The notes under the pieces are model-generated. The model worked only from the letters and a program-made list of their open reading frames with translations, was not told the origin of the DNA and made no database searches. A stretch of DNA of 64,000 nt from Heptranchias perlo. Its lineage: Eukaryota. Location of the stretch: the NCBI RefSeq assembly GCF_035084215.1, contig NC_090330.1:76880001-76944000 (forward strand), read 5' to 3'. Positions 49,182 through 60,747 of this stretch are shown piece after piece. The position numbers and the translations under genes were made by a program. Each line of letters opens with the position of its first letter. The stretch's first letter is position 1.

Positions 49182-49567
49182 TTTTGCAAGGCTTTCTTAT
49201 GGTTCCCATCAAGCATGGCACAAACTTAAATTGGGAACTTCCATATCCTCTATGGGATACCATTTCAAGCATTGTGCATAATCATTTCGCTTTTCTACAC
49301 ACACTTTTATTGTGTCAAAGCTAGATGACACACTTATCTTAAAGATGGGTGACGTGGAATAGCAAACATCTGCTCAGGCTTTCAGCCCAAAGCCCTCCTC
49401 TGCTATTAGAGGGTTTCTCAGTCCTGTAGAGTCAGAGGCCATGGATGAAGAGGTTAGCACTGGTCTCCTAAGAGCCATTGCACTTGCCTGGTCTGCTCAC
49501 CTGTATTGCAGTCAATTCCTTTCGGGGTGATATTTTTCTTTTTTTGCTAATGGACATGGCAGGGAAA

Positions 49568-49573
<6 letters not shown>

Positions 49574-49607
<34 letters not shown>

Positions 49608-49620
49608 TGTGCGTGCGTGT
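49574..49620. repeat. (TG)n microsatellite
   Basis: Directly visible. Confidence 0.95.
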
Positions 49621-50828
49621 TACCTAGCCACCGGGCTACCTCGGCTTCTCCAATCCTTCCTACTCCCATTGTAATTACTCTACACTTTTTCTCCCCATTT
49701 CCCGTACATTCCTCATCTCTGAAACCACGGTTCCCCTCCTCTCGGTTCAATGCTTGTTGACATTATGAAGCTCTTCCGAACCTTTGGCACTTTATCTAAT
49801 TCCTTCAAAACTACCATCAGTCCCTTGTCAAAAAAAAATACCCTTGTTTCCATTATTCTTGACATCTACCACCCTGTATCCAACTTGCTCTTTTATTCCA
49901 ACTTTGTAATCTAGCTTCCACCGTATTCACAGCACTGAGACCAACCTGGTCAAATGTATGACATTCTGTGCAACTGTAATTGTGGTTTGTTGCCTCTCCT
50001 CGTCCTCCCTTGATCTCTCTGATACCATCAACACGGTTGACCACTCCATTCTGCAGCACTGCTTCCAATCTGCAGCACTGCTTGTGCTTCCACTCATACC
50101 TATCCCGACATAGTCACTACATCACCTCAAATGGCTTCTTCTTCTGTACCGGCAAGTCAATTTCTTTGTGCTGCAGGTCTCCATCCTTGATCCCCCATCT
50201 TTTTTACATTCTACCCCCTGATATTCATAGAATGTTACAGCACAGAAGGAAGCCATTCAGCCTATCGTGCCTGTGCCGGCTCTTTAAAAGAGCTATCCAA
50301 TTAGTTCCACTCCCCTGCTCTTTCTCCATAGCCCTGTAATTTTCTGTTTTCAAGCATTTATCCAATTCCCTTTTAAATGTTGCTGTTGAATCTGCTTCCA
50401 CCACCTTTTCAGGCAGAGCATTCCAGATCATAATAACTCTCTGCATAAAAGAATTTCTCCTCATCTCACCTCTGGCACTTTTGCCAATTACTTTAAATCT
50501 GTGCTCTCTGGTCACCGACCCTTCTGCCAGTGGAAACTCTTACTATCTATTCTGTCGAAACTCTTCTTGATTTAACCCGATTAAATCTCCCCTTAACCGC
50601 CTCTGCTGTAAGGAGAACAACCAAGCTTCTGTAGTCTCTCCAGGTAACTGAAGTCCCTCATCCATGGTACCATTGGTAAATCTCTGTATCCTCTCCAAAG
50701 CCTTGACATCCTTCCTAAAGTGTTGTGCAAAGAGTTGGACACAATACACCAACTGAAGCCTAACCAGTGATTTATAAAGGTTTAGCATAACTTGCTTACT
50801 TTTGTACTCTATGCTTCCATTAATAAAG

Positions 50829-51114
50829 ATGATGTGGAGATGCCGGTGATGGACTGGGGTGGACAAATGTAAGGAGTCTTACAACACCAGTCCAACAGTT
50901 TTATTTGAAATCACAAGCTTTCGGAGGCTTCCTCCTTCGTCAAGTGAGTGAGGGATTCCATAAAGGTACAGCATATATAGTCAGAGAACAATGCCTGGTG
51001 ATTAAATAATCTTTCCAACTGCCCGTTATCAATGCAATCAAAGGAGTTGAATGGTGTTCAGACAGAGAAACATTACATACAAGACTACTGAATACACAAA
51101 TGGTCAGAACACAA

Positions 51115-51149
<35 letters not shown>

Positions 51150-52086
51150 TCCGAAAGGCAGAGAAAGAGAGAGAATGACCAGTTGTATTAAAAACAGGTA
51201 ACTTTTTTTCGCTGGTGGGGTTACATGTAGCGTGGCATGAACCCAAGATCCCGGTTGAGGCCGTCCTCATGGGTGCGGAACTTGGCTATCAATTTCTGCT
51301 CGACGATTTTGCGTTGTCGTGTGTCTCGAAGGCCGCCTTGGAGAACGCTTACCCGAAGATCGGAGGCTGAATGTCCTTGACTGCTGAAGTGTTCCCCGAC
51401 TGGGAGGGAACCCTCCTGTCTGGCGATTGTTGCGCGGTGTCCGTTCATCCGTTGTCGCAGTGTCTGCATGGTCTCGCCGATGTACCATGCTCCGGGGCAT
51501 CCTTTCCTGCAACGTATGAGGTAGACAACGTTGGCCGTGTCGCAGGAGTATGAACCATGTATCTGGTGGGTGGTGTCCTCTCGTGTGATGGTGGTATCTG
51601 TGTCGATGATCTGGCATGTCTTGCAGAGGTTGCTGTGGCAGGGTTGTGTGGTGTCGTGGACACTGTTCTCCTGAAAGCTGGGTAATTTGCTGCGAACGAT
51701 GGTCTGTTTGAGGTTAGGTGGCTGTTTGAAGGCGAGTAGTGGAGGCGTAGGGATGGCCTTAGCGAGGTGTTCGTCGTCATCGATGACCTGTTGAAGGCTG
51801 CGAAGAACATGGTGTAGTTTCTCCGCTCCTGGGAAGTACTGGACGACGAAGGGTACTCTGTTGGTTGTGTCCCGTGTTTGTCTTCTGAGGAGGTCTATGC
51901 GATTTTTCGCTGTGGCAGTTGGAAAGATTATCTATAATCACCAGGCATTGTTCTCAGACTACATATGCTGTACCTTTATGGAATCCCTCACTCACATGAC
52001 GAAGGAGGAAGCCTCCGAAAGCTTGTGATTTCAAATAAAACTGTTGGACTATAACCTGGTGTTGTAAGACTCCTTACATTTGTCCA
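50829..52086 (-). mobile_element. Penelope-like element (Neptune-type), 5'-truncated with inverted pLTR
   Basis: Inverted arms 50860-51023 and 51914-52086; TSD TTAATAAAG (up to 13 bp with microhomology); internal (GA)n; GIY-YIG ORF. Confidence 0.92.
51221..51913 (-). CDS. PLE ORF C-terminal part: RT thumb/linker, Cys-rich motif and GIY-YIG endonuclease (open frame, 5'-truncated)
   Basis: Manual translation ...PFVVQYFPG...PPNLKQTIVRSKL...PCHSNLCKTC...SCDTANVVYLIRCRKGCPGAWYIGET-MQTLRQRMNGHR...GLNRD. Confidence 0.85.
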   Translation of the reverse strand, partial: TAKNRIDLLRRQTRDTTNRVPFVVQYFPGAEKLHHVLRSLQQVIDDDEHLAKAIPTPPLLAFKQPPNLKQTIVRSKLPSFQENSVHDTTQPCHSNLCKTCQIIDTDTTITREDTTHQIHGSYSCDTANVVYLIRCRKGCPGAWYIGETMQTLRQRMNGHRATIARQEGSLPVGEHFSSQGHSASDLRVSVLQGGLRDTRQRKIVEQKLIAKFRTHEDGLNRDLGFMPRYM

Positions 52087-52730
52087 TTAATAAAGCCAAG
52101 GATCTCATATGCTTTTTTAACAGCCGTCTCAACTTGTCCTGCCACCTTCAAAGATTTGTGTACATACACCCACAGGGTCTCTCTCTTCCTGCGCCCCCTT
52201 TAAAGTTGTAACATTTAGTTTGTATTGCCTCTCCTCATTTTTCCTACCAAAATGCATCCCTTCACAATTCCCTGCATTAAATTTCATCTGCCATGTGTCT
52301 ACCCATTTCACCAGTATGCCTATGTCTTCCTTAAGTCTGCTCCTATCCTCCTCACTGTTTACTACATTTCCGAGTTTTGTATCATCTGCAAACTTTGAAA
52401 TTATGCCCTGTATACCCAAGTCTATGTCATTAATATATATCAAAAAGAGTAATGGTCCTAATACCAAACCCTGGGGGATACCACTATTCTTCCTTCCAGT
52501 CTGAAAAAGAACCATTCACCACTACTCTCTGCTTTCTGTCTCTTAGTCAATTTTGTAACCACACTGCCACTGCCCCTTTAATCCCATGGGCTTCAATTTT
52601 GCTAACCAGTCTATTATGTGGTACTTCATATTAAATGCCTTTTGAAAGTCCATATACACAACATGAACCATACTACACTCATAACCCTCTTTGTTACTTC
52701 TTCAAAGAACTCAATCAAATTAGTCAAACA

Positions 52731-53345
52731 CAAAATAAAAACAGAAAATGCTGGAAAAGCTCAGCAAGTGAGAAAGAAACAGAGTTAATGTTTCTGGTCA
52801 GAACTGGAAGATATTAAAGTTTTTAAATAAGTACAGAGCTGGGGAAGATGGGAAGGGGAGGAAAGGACAAAAAGGAAGGACTATGATAGGGTAGTGGGCA
52901 AGAGCGATTAAATGACAAAACGGATGATGGTGTAAGGCGAGGAGGGTGGTAATGGGACAAGTAAAGAACCAAAAGATCGGTCTAGAGTAGCTGTGAATGG
53001 CAACAGCAGAACCATTACCAGCACTTGCTGTCCGAAAAAATGGGAGCAGTGGTTATGATCTGAAGTTATTGAAATCAGTGTTGAGTCCAGAAGGTTGTAA
53101 AGTGCCTAAACGAAAGATGAGGTGCTGTTCCTCACGCTTACGTTGAGCTTCGTTGGAACACTAAGAGGCCAAGGTCAGAGTGGGAGTGGAACGGGAAATT
53201 AAAATGGCAAGCGACCGGCAGGTCAGGGTCACGCTTGTAGACAGAGCGGAGGTGTTCAGCAAAGCAATCACCCAATCTGCGTTTGGTCTCCCCAATGTAG
53301 AGAACACTGCATTGTGAGCAGTGAATACAGTATACTACTTTTGAT
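52731..53345 (-). mobile_element. Second PLE family, GIY-YIG plus 3' region
   Basis: VVYCIHCSQCSVLYIGETKRRLGDCFAEH..PVACHFN; TSD TTAGTCAAACA at 52720-52730 and 53346-53356. Confidence 0.9.
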
Positions 53346-54406
53346 TTAGTCAAACATGATTTGCCTTTAACAAATCTGTGCTGGCTATCAATGATTAACC
53401 CATGATTTTCCAAGTGACAATTTTTTTCCTGGATTATTGTCTCTAAAAGTTTCTCCGTCACCGACATTGGGCTGATTGTCCTGTAGTTACCTGGTTTATC
53501 TCTCACCCCTTTTTGAACAGGGGTGAGAGATAATCCTCCAGTCCTCTGGCACTGCCCCCATATCTAAAGAGGATTGGAAGATTGTGGCCAGGGCCTCCGC
53601 TATTTTCACCCTTACTTCCCTCGGTAACGTAGGATGCATCGCATCAGGACTGGGTGACTTTCTACTTTTGAGCACTGCCAACCTTTTAAGTACCTTCTCT
53701 TTATCTATTTTTATCTTATCCAATTTCTCTACTACCTCCTCCTTTACTGTGACATTGGCAGCATTTTCTTTTCTCTGGAATTCTCTCCCACACTCTCCCT
53801 GCCTTGCTGCCTTTCTCCATGGCTTCAAAAGTATCCTAAAACATTATACTTTGTCCCCCTACTCCCCAAATTTAACTTTTACCCCTTTTTCTTGTACCGT
53901 TCGAAGTTCTTATAAACATTCTGAGACACGTTATAGAATTGTAAATTGTTGTGCGTAATGAGGAGGAAAAAATCAGCCAACGTTCCAACTCCTGATCAGT
54001 AGCTCTGCTATGAAGTGCCATGTGTGGGCGATGAATGAGGCAGGACCGGGCTCAGCTGTTGTGCCCCCTGCAGTCGTGTGACCTATAGACAATAATCAGG
54101 GTCAACTATAGAAAATGGCAAAGATTTAAAAAAAATTGACAGTGCTGGAAGTCAAGTCAGTATCTGAAAGAGCAAAGACAGGTTAACATTTTAGATGAAC
54201 ACCCTTTGTCAGAACTGGAAAGTCCCTTTTATAGTACAGTTGTGCCAACTTAATGCCTTAAAAAATTATGCCCTCTTGTTACTGTCTCACTGACCTGTCA
54301 CTACGTATCTCATCATAATTCCTTGTAATCTTGAAGACCTTGATTAGGCCATCTCTTAGCCTTCTCCGTATTATTGTCAATAAATTGACGTACAAACAGT
54401 TACAAT

Positions 54407-55143
54407 GGGGTAGAAATTGCTCACGAAATAACGGAAAGCTCAACAGCGCTCTCCGTTGCTAGTGGCAAAATGGAGGAGCAAGTTCCGGCGTTTGCACATG
54501 CACAGTGAAACATGGAAATCTAGAATTTGTTCCTCCTGGTTTTCCAGTGATATGACAGCTTCGAATTAAAAGTATATCACACGCTGCTATCAGAGAAATC
54601 ATTGAAAAAGTGCAAACTTGCTTATCTGCCTGGCTGGAATGTAACTAATTTACGCCACAAAACAGGTTTGCTTAAAAAAGCAGGTCCAAACTAAGTTTTA
54701 ACAGTAAGTCTTAATTGCCAAACAACCAAAATGAACTTTTAAAAATGTGGAGCCTTATTACTCCTTATTTTAATAGTTTTTGGTCATTAAAAAACGTTTT
54801 ACTTTTTTATTTACCTTAACTGAATTTGTTTAATTCAGTTATTTCTTACCCTCTCTTTTCGCTGTCTATAAATGTTTTTACATTGATTTTAATGTTGACC
54901 TTTCACTTCCTGGTTTAACACTTTAAGCTGGCAGAGACAATGCTGCAACCTGATTGGTTGAGGGGAGAGATCGATCTTCTTGCTTCTCCCAGGGTCCTAG
55001 CTTCGTTTGAACTGAAGCTGGCTCTTTTCTGCTTCCTATTCGAGGAAGTTCCCAACGAAAAGACCACGGTACGTTTGTGTGTTAGTATAAATTTATGGAG
55101 CGGCGAGCAATGTTGGTTTGCTGCTCTGAGCAATTTCTGCCCC
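54407..55143. mobile_element. Harbinger/Tourist-like MITE (737 bp)
   Basis: TIRs GGGGTAGAAATTGCTCA and GGGGCAGAAATTGCTCA (16/17 match); 3-bp TSD AAT at 54404-54406 and 55144-55146. Confidence 0.85.
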
Positions 55144-56299
55144 AATATGATTCACTAGAATGGTACCAAAGTTGAGAGGTTACAGGCATGAGCAGTTGGG
55201 GCTTTCTTCCCTGCAGCTAAGAAGATTAAGGGGTGACCTAGTCGAGGCCTCCAGGATTATGAAGGGTTATGATGAGGTAAATAGTGAAGGATTGTCCCTT
55301 TATTTCCTGTTGAACTAAATTTTTGTGGTACTTTGACTAATTCTGCAATTGCTGCGCAAAGTGGTAGTTGATTCTAGAAGTTAATAGCTCTAATCATAAA
55401 GTCCTTGCATTTTCTTCTAGTTCAGCATAATGAACTGCTCTGTGTACAATGTAGTGATTTTCATGATTTTGGAAACCCTTGCATCGTATTCCTGAATCAT
55501 CATTTATTCTCCTCATTGAAAACCAATTAGCTTCCATAGCTGCTCTTCATAGTTCATTGATCTTTAAAACCCTATACTATCCTTGTTCTTCACTTTGAGT
55601 CCTATAAGTACCTCTGCATTTTTGCAACAAAGGTGCCCAGAACTGGCACGCTACTCCAAATGTATTCACTCTCATTTATATTGTTGATGTGACGTCCTTT
55701 GATTTGTATTGTATAAGACCTACTTATACATCCTAATAGTTTGCTTTGACAACTATTGTACATTTTGATGAAACTTTCAGTATGTTTGTGCTTTGTCACA
55801 CAGGTATGTACCTCGAGAACCAGAGTTATACAAAGTAAGGTTGCAAGAAGGATAAACCTCTAATAAAAGTTTTAGAGCCTTAAGAAGGAATATCCTCCAG
55901 TACAAAAATGTTCCTCTAAACCTAAATGTTATAAAAGGAGATAGCTGCATATTCTTAGTTGTCTCTTAATCACCTATGGTTAATTTTAGAAGGGCTAGTT
56001 ATGAAGCTATGAAGAAGGCATCTTGATGCAACTCCACCAAAACAGCAACATTGAGTTCTGCCAGAGTGACATCACAAATGAGTAATGCTGCCCATAATCT
56101 TAAAATGCATAACATAAGCTGGTAATTTTCCACAGATCACATATCCCAGCCATCAATAAAAGTATAGGAAAGAGTCTGAATTGGAGGAAATAAATTTGCA
56201 GCCATCGGGAAGCATTTGGATTTTAAAAAGTTAGCTTGTATTCTCAGACTTTTTCTGAGAGCAAGCAAAAAATATTTTAGTGCAGGAGACAAAGCCTGT

Positions 56300-56336
56300 G
56301 GGGTATAGCTATGTTGTAGGGGTATAGCTATGTTGT
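56300..56336. repeat. Perfect tandem duplication GGGGTATAGCTATGTTGT x2 (19-bp period)
   Basis: Directly visible. Confidence 0.9.
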
Positions 56337-56337
56337 C

Positions 56338-56455
56338 GGAACATAGGAACAGAAGTAGGCCATTCAGCCCCTTGTGCCTGTTCCGCCATTCAGTTGGCTG
56401 ATCTGCACCTCAACCCCATTTATCCGCCTTTGCTCCATATCTCTTGATGCCCTTA
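56338..56455 (-). mobile_element. Short CR1 3'-end insertion
   Basis: ggaacataggaacagaagtaggccattcagcccc. Confidence 0.8.
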
Positions 56456-57460
56456 TGTACAGTTCAAAATGTTCATTTAGACTCTGGTCTAATTTACAAA
56501 TGCAGCATGTCTAATTGTTCTGCTGAATATATATTCACATTTCAAATGGACAAAATAAGAACATTTTCGCATGGCCAGCATAATGCTTTACATTGTTGCA
56601 TATCATGGCATTGACTTGCCTCAGTCCCTCAAATATATTGGAGTTACCAGCAAAATGTTCTTTCAGCAGTATCTTTCAGACCAGTTCAAGGAAGAAAAAT
56701 TATTTTGCTTATATTGGACACCTCACAAATTGAGTGCTTTCTCCAAGGAGCTGCACAGTAACGGCATGAGGATAATCCAGTCTTGGGCATGGTGCTAGAG
56801 TGCTCGGTGCTATGAAGTTCTATCTCACCCAGTGTTGATGAATTTTGAGAATCTAGTAAGCCAAAAAATTATACAGGTTTTTCACCTTCAGTGCCCATGT
56901 TTCTTCATGTGTGAGCTTAAAAGTCAGTATTGGGTTATTCATCCATAAGAGGCACCACAACTGAAACGCATTCTGTCCTCGCTCAGCATTCAAATTTGTA
57001 CTTTCCAGGTGTAACTGGATGATAAGCAGAAGTCCTGACTGCCTGATTTTTTTCCTCTATATAGCTCCACACCTCTTGTGTAATGCCACGTACAGCTTTA
57101 CCATTACACTGAATTCATGTCAGATATCCACATAAAAAATACTACCTGAACATAATGTAAAATGATTGAACCTAACATGTAATTGTGTTAGTTTTCATGC
57201 CTTTTGAATCTTTTGAAATAGTATAATTGAATTTAGATTTATTATGAGTATGAATGGAAATATTGTAAATCATTAGGCAGCACCAACTATTCATATAAGT
57301 GATGGTATCACAAATACACACTTAACGGGTGAAACTCCCCACCAGTAGTGCACATTTGTAGAATCAGCTGTGTCTAAGTAAATGTTCAACAGTGCTACAA
57401 TATTTTGTGACTACTCTCAGTTGCACTATTCTACAGACTCATTTTTTATTACTTTTATAG

Positions 57461-57760
57461 TTGAACCCATAATAACTGTGGGAGGTGGCCCTGAACCACT
57501 TGTAGATGGTGCCAATGAGACCGTTGCAGCAGTATGCACAGCAGCCAATGGAAAACCTGAAGCAGTTGTTTTCTGGGAAACCGATCTCATTGGAGAACAA
57601 CAGCAGACCAAGATTTCTGCTCCAAATGAAACTGTGACTGTTGTTAATCAGTTCAAGATCATTCCGTCCCGATTTGTGAGGAAGAGACCAATCACCTGCA
57701 TAGTGGTACATCCACCACTGAATACCAGTACTCGAGTCCCATATATCTTGGATGTACAGT
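57461..57760 (+). CDS. nectin3: Nectin-3 internal exon encoding the first Ig C-type domain (300 nt, phase 1-1)
   Basis: ttattacttttatag| acceptor and |gtaagt donor; VEP..GP..LVDGANETVAAVCTAANGKP...PNETVTV...PSRF..ITCIVVHP..ILDVQ matches NECTIN3; splices in frame to the upstream exon (G|TT = Val). Confidence 0.93.
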
Positions 57761-58247
57761 GTAAGTACCTGATGTGTAAATCTGAATATACTGTATAATT
57801 GAAGTTATAATTAGCACAGATCTAATATCAGTAAGTTTGATACTTAAAAATAACATTGTCCTACTGGCGTTATTTTAGTTTACTCATGCTTTCTCAAATT
57901 GGAAGTGTATCCTAAAAGTGCAGTGAAATGTATTTTAAAATTTAGTCATCAAACGTGCTTTGTACAACCATTACATTAAAATAAAATTGATAGAATTCTG
58001 GATGTTTAAAGATATTATAGGTTTGACTGACATTTTGGAGCTTGATTTTTAAATGGCAGCTTATATAAAGATGATGTAGAATGCCAATGCTGAGCAGGAG
58101 ACAGAAAGTTGAGGGGGAAGCATGCTCGGAGTCGTGTTTCTAGGTATTTGAAAGCAGAGAAGGAAGTAGCAAGCAGAAGAACCTAGGAATGGAGCCCAAG
58201 AAGGCATTGGCATAGTGGAGGAAAGAGCAGCCACCAATGGTGGAGTT

Positions 58248-60444
58248 ACATAGAAACATAGAAAATAGGAGCAAGAGTAGGCCATTCGGCCCTTTGGGCC
58301 TGCTCCGCCATTCAAAATGATCATGGCTGATCGTCTAACTCAGTACCCTGTTCCCGCTTTTTCCCCATATCCCTTGATCCCTTTAGCATTAAGAAATATA
58401 TCTATCGCCTTCTTGAATACATCGAATGACTTGGCCTCCACTGCCTTCTGTGGTAGAGAATTCCACAGGTTCACCACCCTCTGAGTGAAGAAATTTCTCC
58501 TCATCTCTGTTCTAAATGGCATACCCCAAATCCTGAGACTGTGACCCCTGGTTCTGGACTCCCCAGCCATCGGGAACATCCTCCCTGCATCTAGTCTGTC
58601 TAGTCTTGTTAGAATTTTATATGTTTTGATGAGATCACCTCTCATTCTTCTAAACTCTAGTGAATATAGGCCTAGTCAACCCAATCTCTCCTCATAAGTC
58701 AGTCCTGCCATCTGAGGAATCAGTCTGGTAAATCTTCGTTGCACTCCCTCCATGGCAAGGACATCCTTCCTCAGATAAGGAGACCAAAACTGCACACAAT
58801 ACTCCAGATGTGGTCTCACCAAGGCCCTGTATAACTGCAGTAAGACATCCCTGCTCCTGTACTCAAATCCTCTTGCAATGAAGGCCAACATACCATTCGC
58901 CTTCCTAACTGCTTGCTGCACCTGAATGCTCGCTTTCAGCGACTGGTGTACAAGGACACCCAGGTCTCGTTGCACCTCCCCTTTTCCCAATCTATCACCA
59001 TTCAGATAATAATCTGTCTTTCTGTTTTTACAACCAAAGTGGATAAGCTCACATTTATCCACGTTATACTGCATCTGCCATGTTCTTGCCCACTCACCCA
59101 ACTTGTCTAAATCACATTGGAGCCTCTTTGCATCCTCCTCACAGCTCACATTCCACCTCAGCTTTGTGTTGTCTGCAAACTTGGAAATGTTACTTTTCGT
59201 TCCCTCATCCAAATCATTGATATATATTGTGAATAGCTGGGGCCCAAGCACTGATCCCTGTGGTACCCCACTAGTCACTGCCTGCCACCCGGAAAAAGAC
59301 CCGTTTATTTCTACTCTCTGTTTTCTGTCTGTCAACCAATTCTCAATCCGTGCCAGTATATTCCCCCCAATTCCATGTGCTTTAATTTTGCACACTAACC
59401 TCTTGTGTGGGACCTTAAAAGCCTTCTGAAAATCCAAGTACACCACATCCACTGGTTCTCCCCTATCTATTCTACTAATTACCTCCTCAAAAAACTCCAG
59501 TAGATTTGTTAAGCATGATTTCCCTTCCAAGCTGACTTTGTCCAATCCTGTTAGTGCCTTCCAAGTGTTCTGTTATCACATCCTTTATATTGGACTCCAG
59601 CATTTTCCCCACTACTGATGTTGGGCTAACTGGTCTGTAATTCCCTGTTTTTTCTCTCCCTCCTTTTTTAAATAGTGGGGTTACATTTGCCACCCTCCAA
59701 TCTGTAGGAACTGTTCCTATAGAATTTTGGAAGATGACCACCAATGCATCCACTATTTCTAGGGCCACTATAGGTTATCAGGCCCTGAGGATTTGTCAGC
59801 CTTTAGCCCCATTAATTTCCCGAGCACTTTTTTTTTACTAATACTGATTTCTTTCAGTTCCTCCCTCTCACTAGACCCTTGGTTCCCTAACATTTCCGGG
59901 AGGTTATTTGTGTCCTCCTTTGTGAAGACAGAACCAAAGTATGTGTTTAATTGTCCTGCCATTTCTTTATTCCCCATTATAATTTCCCCCATTTCTGACT
60001 GTAGGGGACCTACATTTGTCTTCACTAATCTTTTTCTCTTGACATAGTTATAGAAGCTTTTACAGTCAATTTTTATGTTCCCTGCTAGTTTACTCTCATA
60101 CTCTATTTTTCCCCTCTTAATCAATCTCTTTGTTCTCCTTTGCTGAATTCTAAACTGCTCCCAATCCTCAGGCTTGCCGCTTTTTCTGGCAATTTTATAT
60201 GTCTCCTCTTTGGATCTAATACTATCCCGAATTTCTTTTGTAAGCCACGGTTGAGCCACCTTTCCTGTTTTATTTTTGCGCCAGAGAGGAATGAATAATT
60301 GTCGTAATTCCTGCACACGTTCTTTAAATATTAGCCATTGCCTATCCACCGTCATCCCTTTTAGTAAAGTTCCCCAATCTATCCTAGCCAACTCACACCT
60401 CATACTTTCGTAATTTCCTTTATTTAGATTCAGGACCCTAGTTT
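58248..60444 (-). mobile_element. 5'-truncated CR1 LINE
   Basis: catagaaacatagaaaatagg tail; ORF2 pieces 58340-60520. Confidence 0.95.
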
Positions 60445-60559
60445 GGAACAAAGAGTAACCTGTTATCAGAAGTGAGGGCGCATGTGTATCATAGAATCTT
60501 ACAGCACCGAAGGAAGCCATTCAGCCCATCGTGTCTATGCCGGTATGACTGGAAGAGAT

Positions 60560-60735
60560 TATCCAGGTCTGGTATCACACAGCCAGAGGCAGAGTTAAGC
60601 TCTCTCTATTCTGCTCAACAATGTGCCTTAGCCCCAACATCAGAAGAGCAGCCCCAACTGCACCAGTGTCACATTTATTTTCCATTTCCCACACCAGCCA
60701 TCCTGTAGCTTTTCTGAGTCAGATTGCCAATTAGG
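60560..60735 (-). mobile_element. LF-SINE-like ancient SINE fragment
   Basis: Reverse strand ttggcaatctgactcagaaaagctacaggat...ggggctaaggcacattgttgagcag..agctt resembles the LF-SINE 3' half as I recall it; second copy at 13190-13440. Confidence 0.45.
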
Positions 60736-60747
60736 ACCTGGATAGAG

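Larger units (their letters stand above)
50225..53770 (-). mobile_element. CR1 LINE split by two different PLE insertions
   Basis: tcatagaatgttacagcacag tail; RT pieces 50225-50828, 52087-52730 and 53346-53770 are collinear. Confidence 0.9.
49650..53953 (+). mobile_element. Old L2 LINE remnant (about 49650-50224 and 53770-53953), host of a nested cluster
   Basis: cacagcactgagacc..gacattct..ctcctcgtcctcccttgatctctct..acacggttgaccac resembles the L2 RT HSTET..LLDLS..DTVDH region; L2-like 3' end. Confidence 0.6.

Noticed and set aside
57382-57798. ORF track call as a standalone 138-aa gene
   Set aside because: Includes intronic flanks; the exon is 57461-57760
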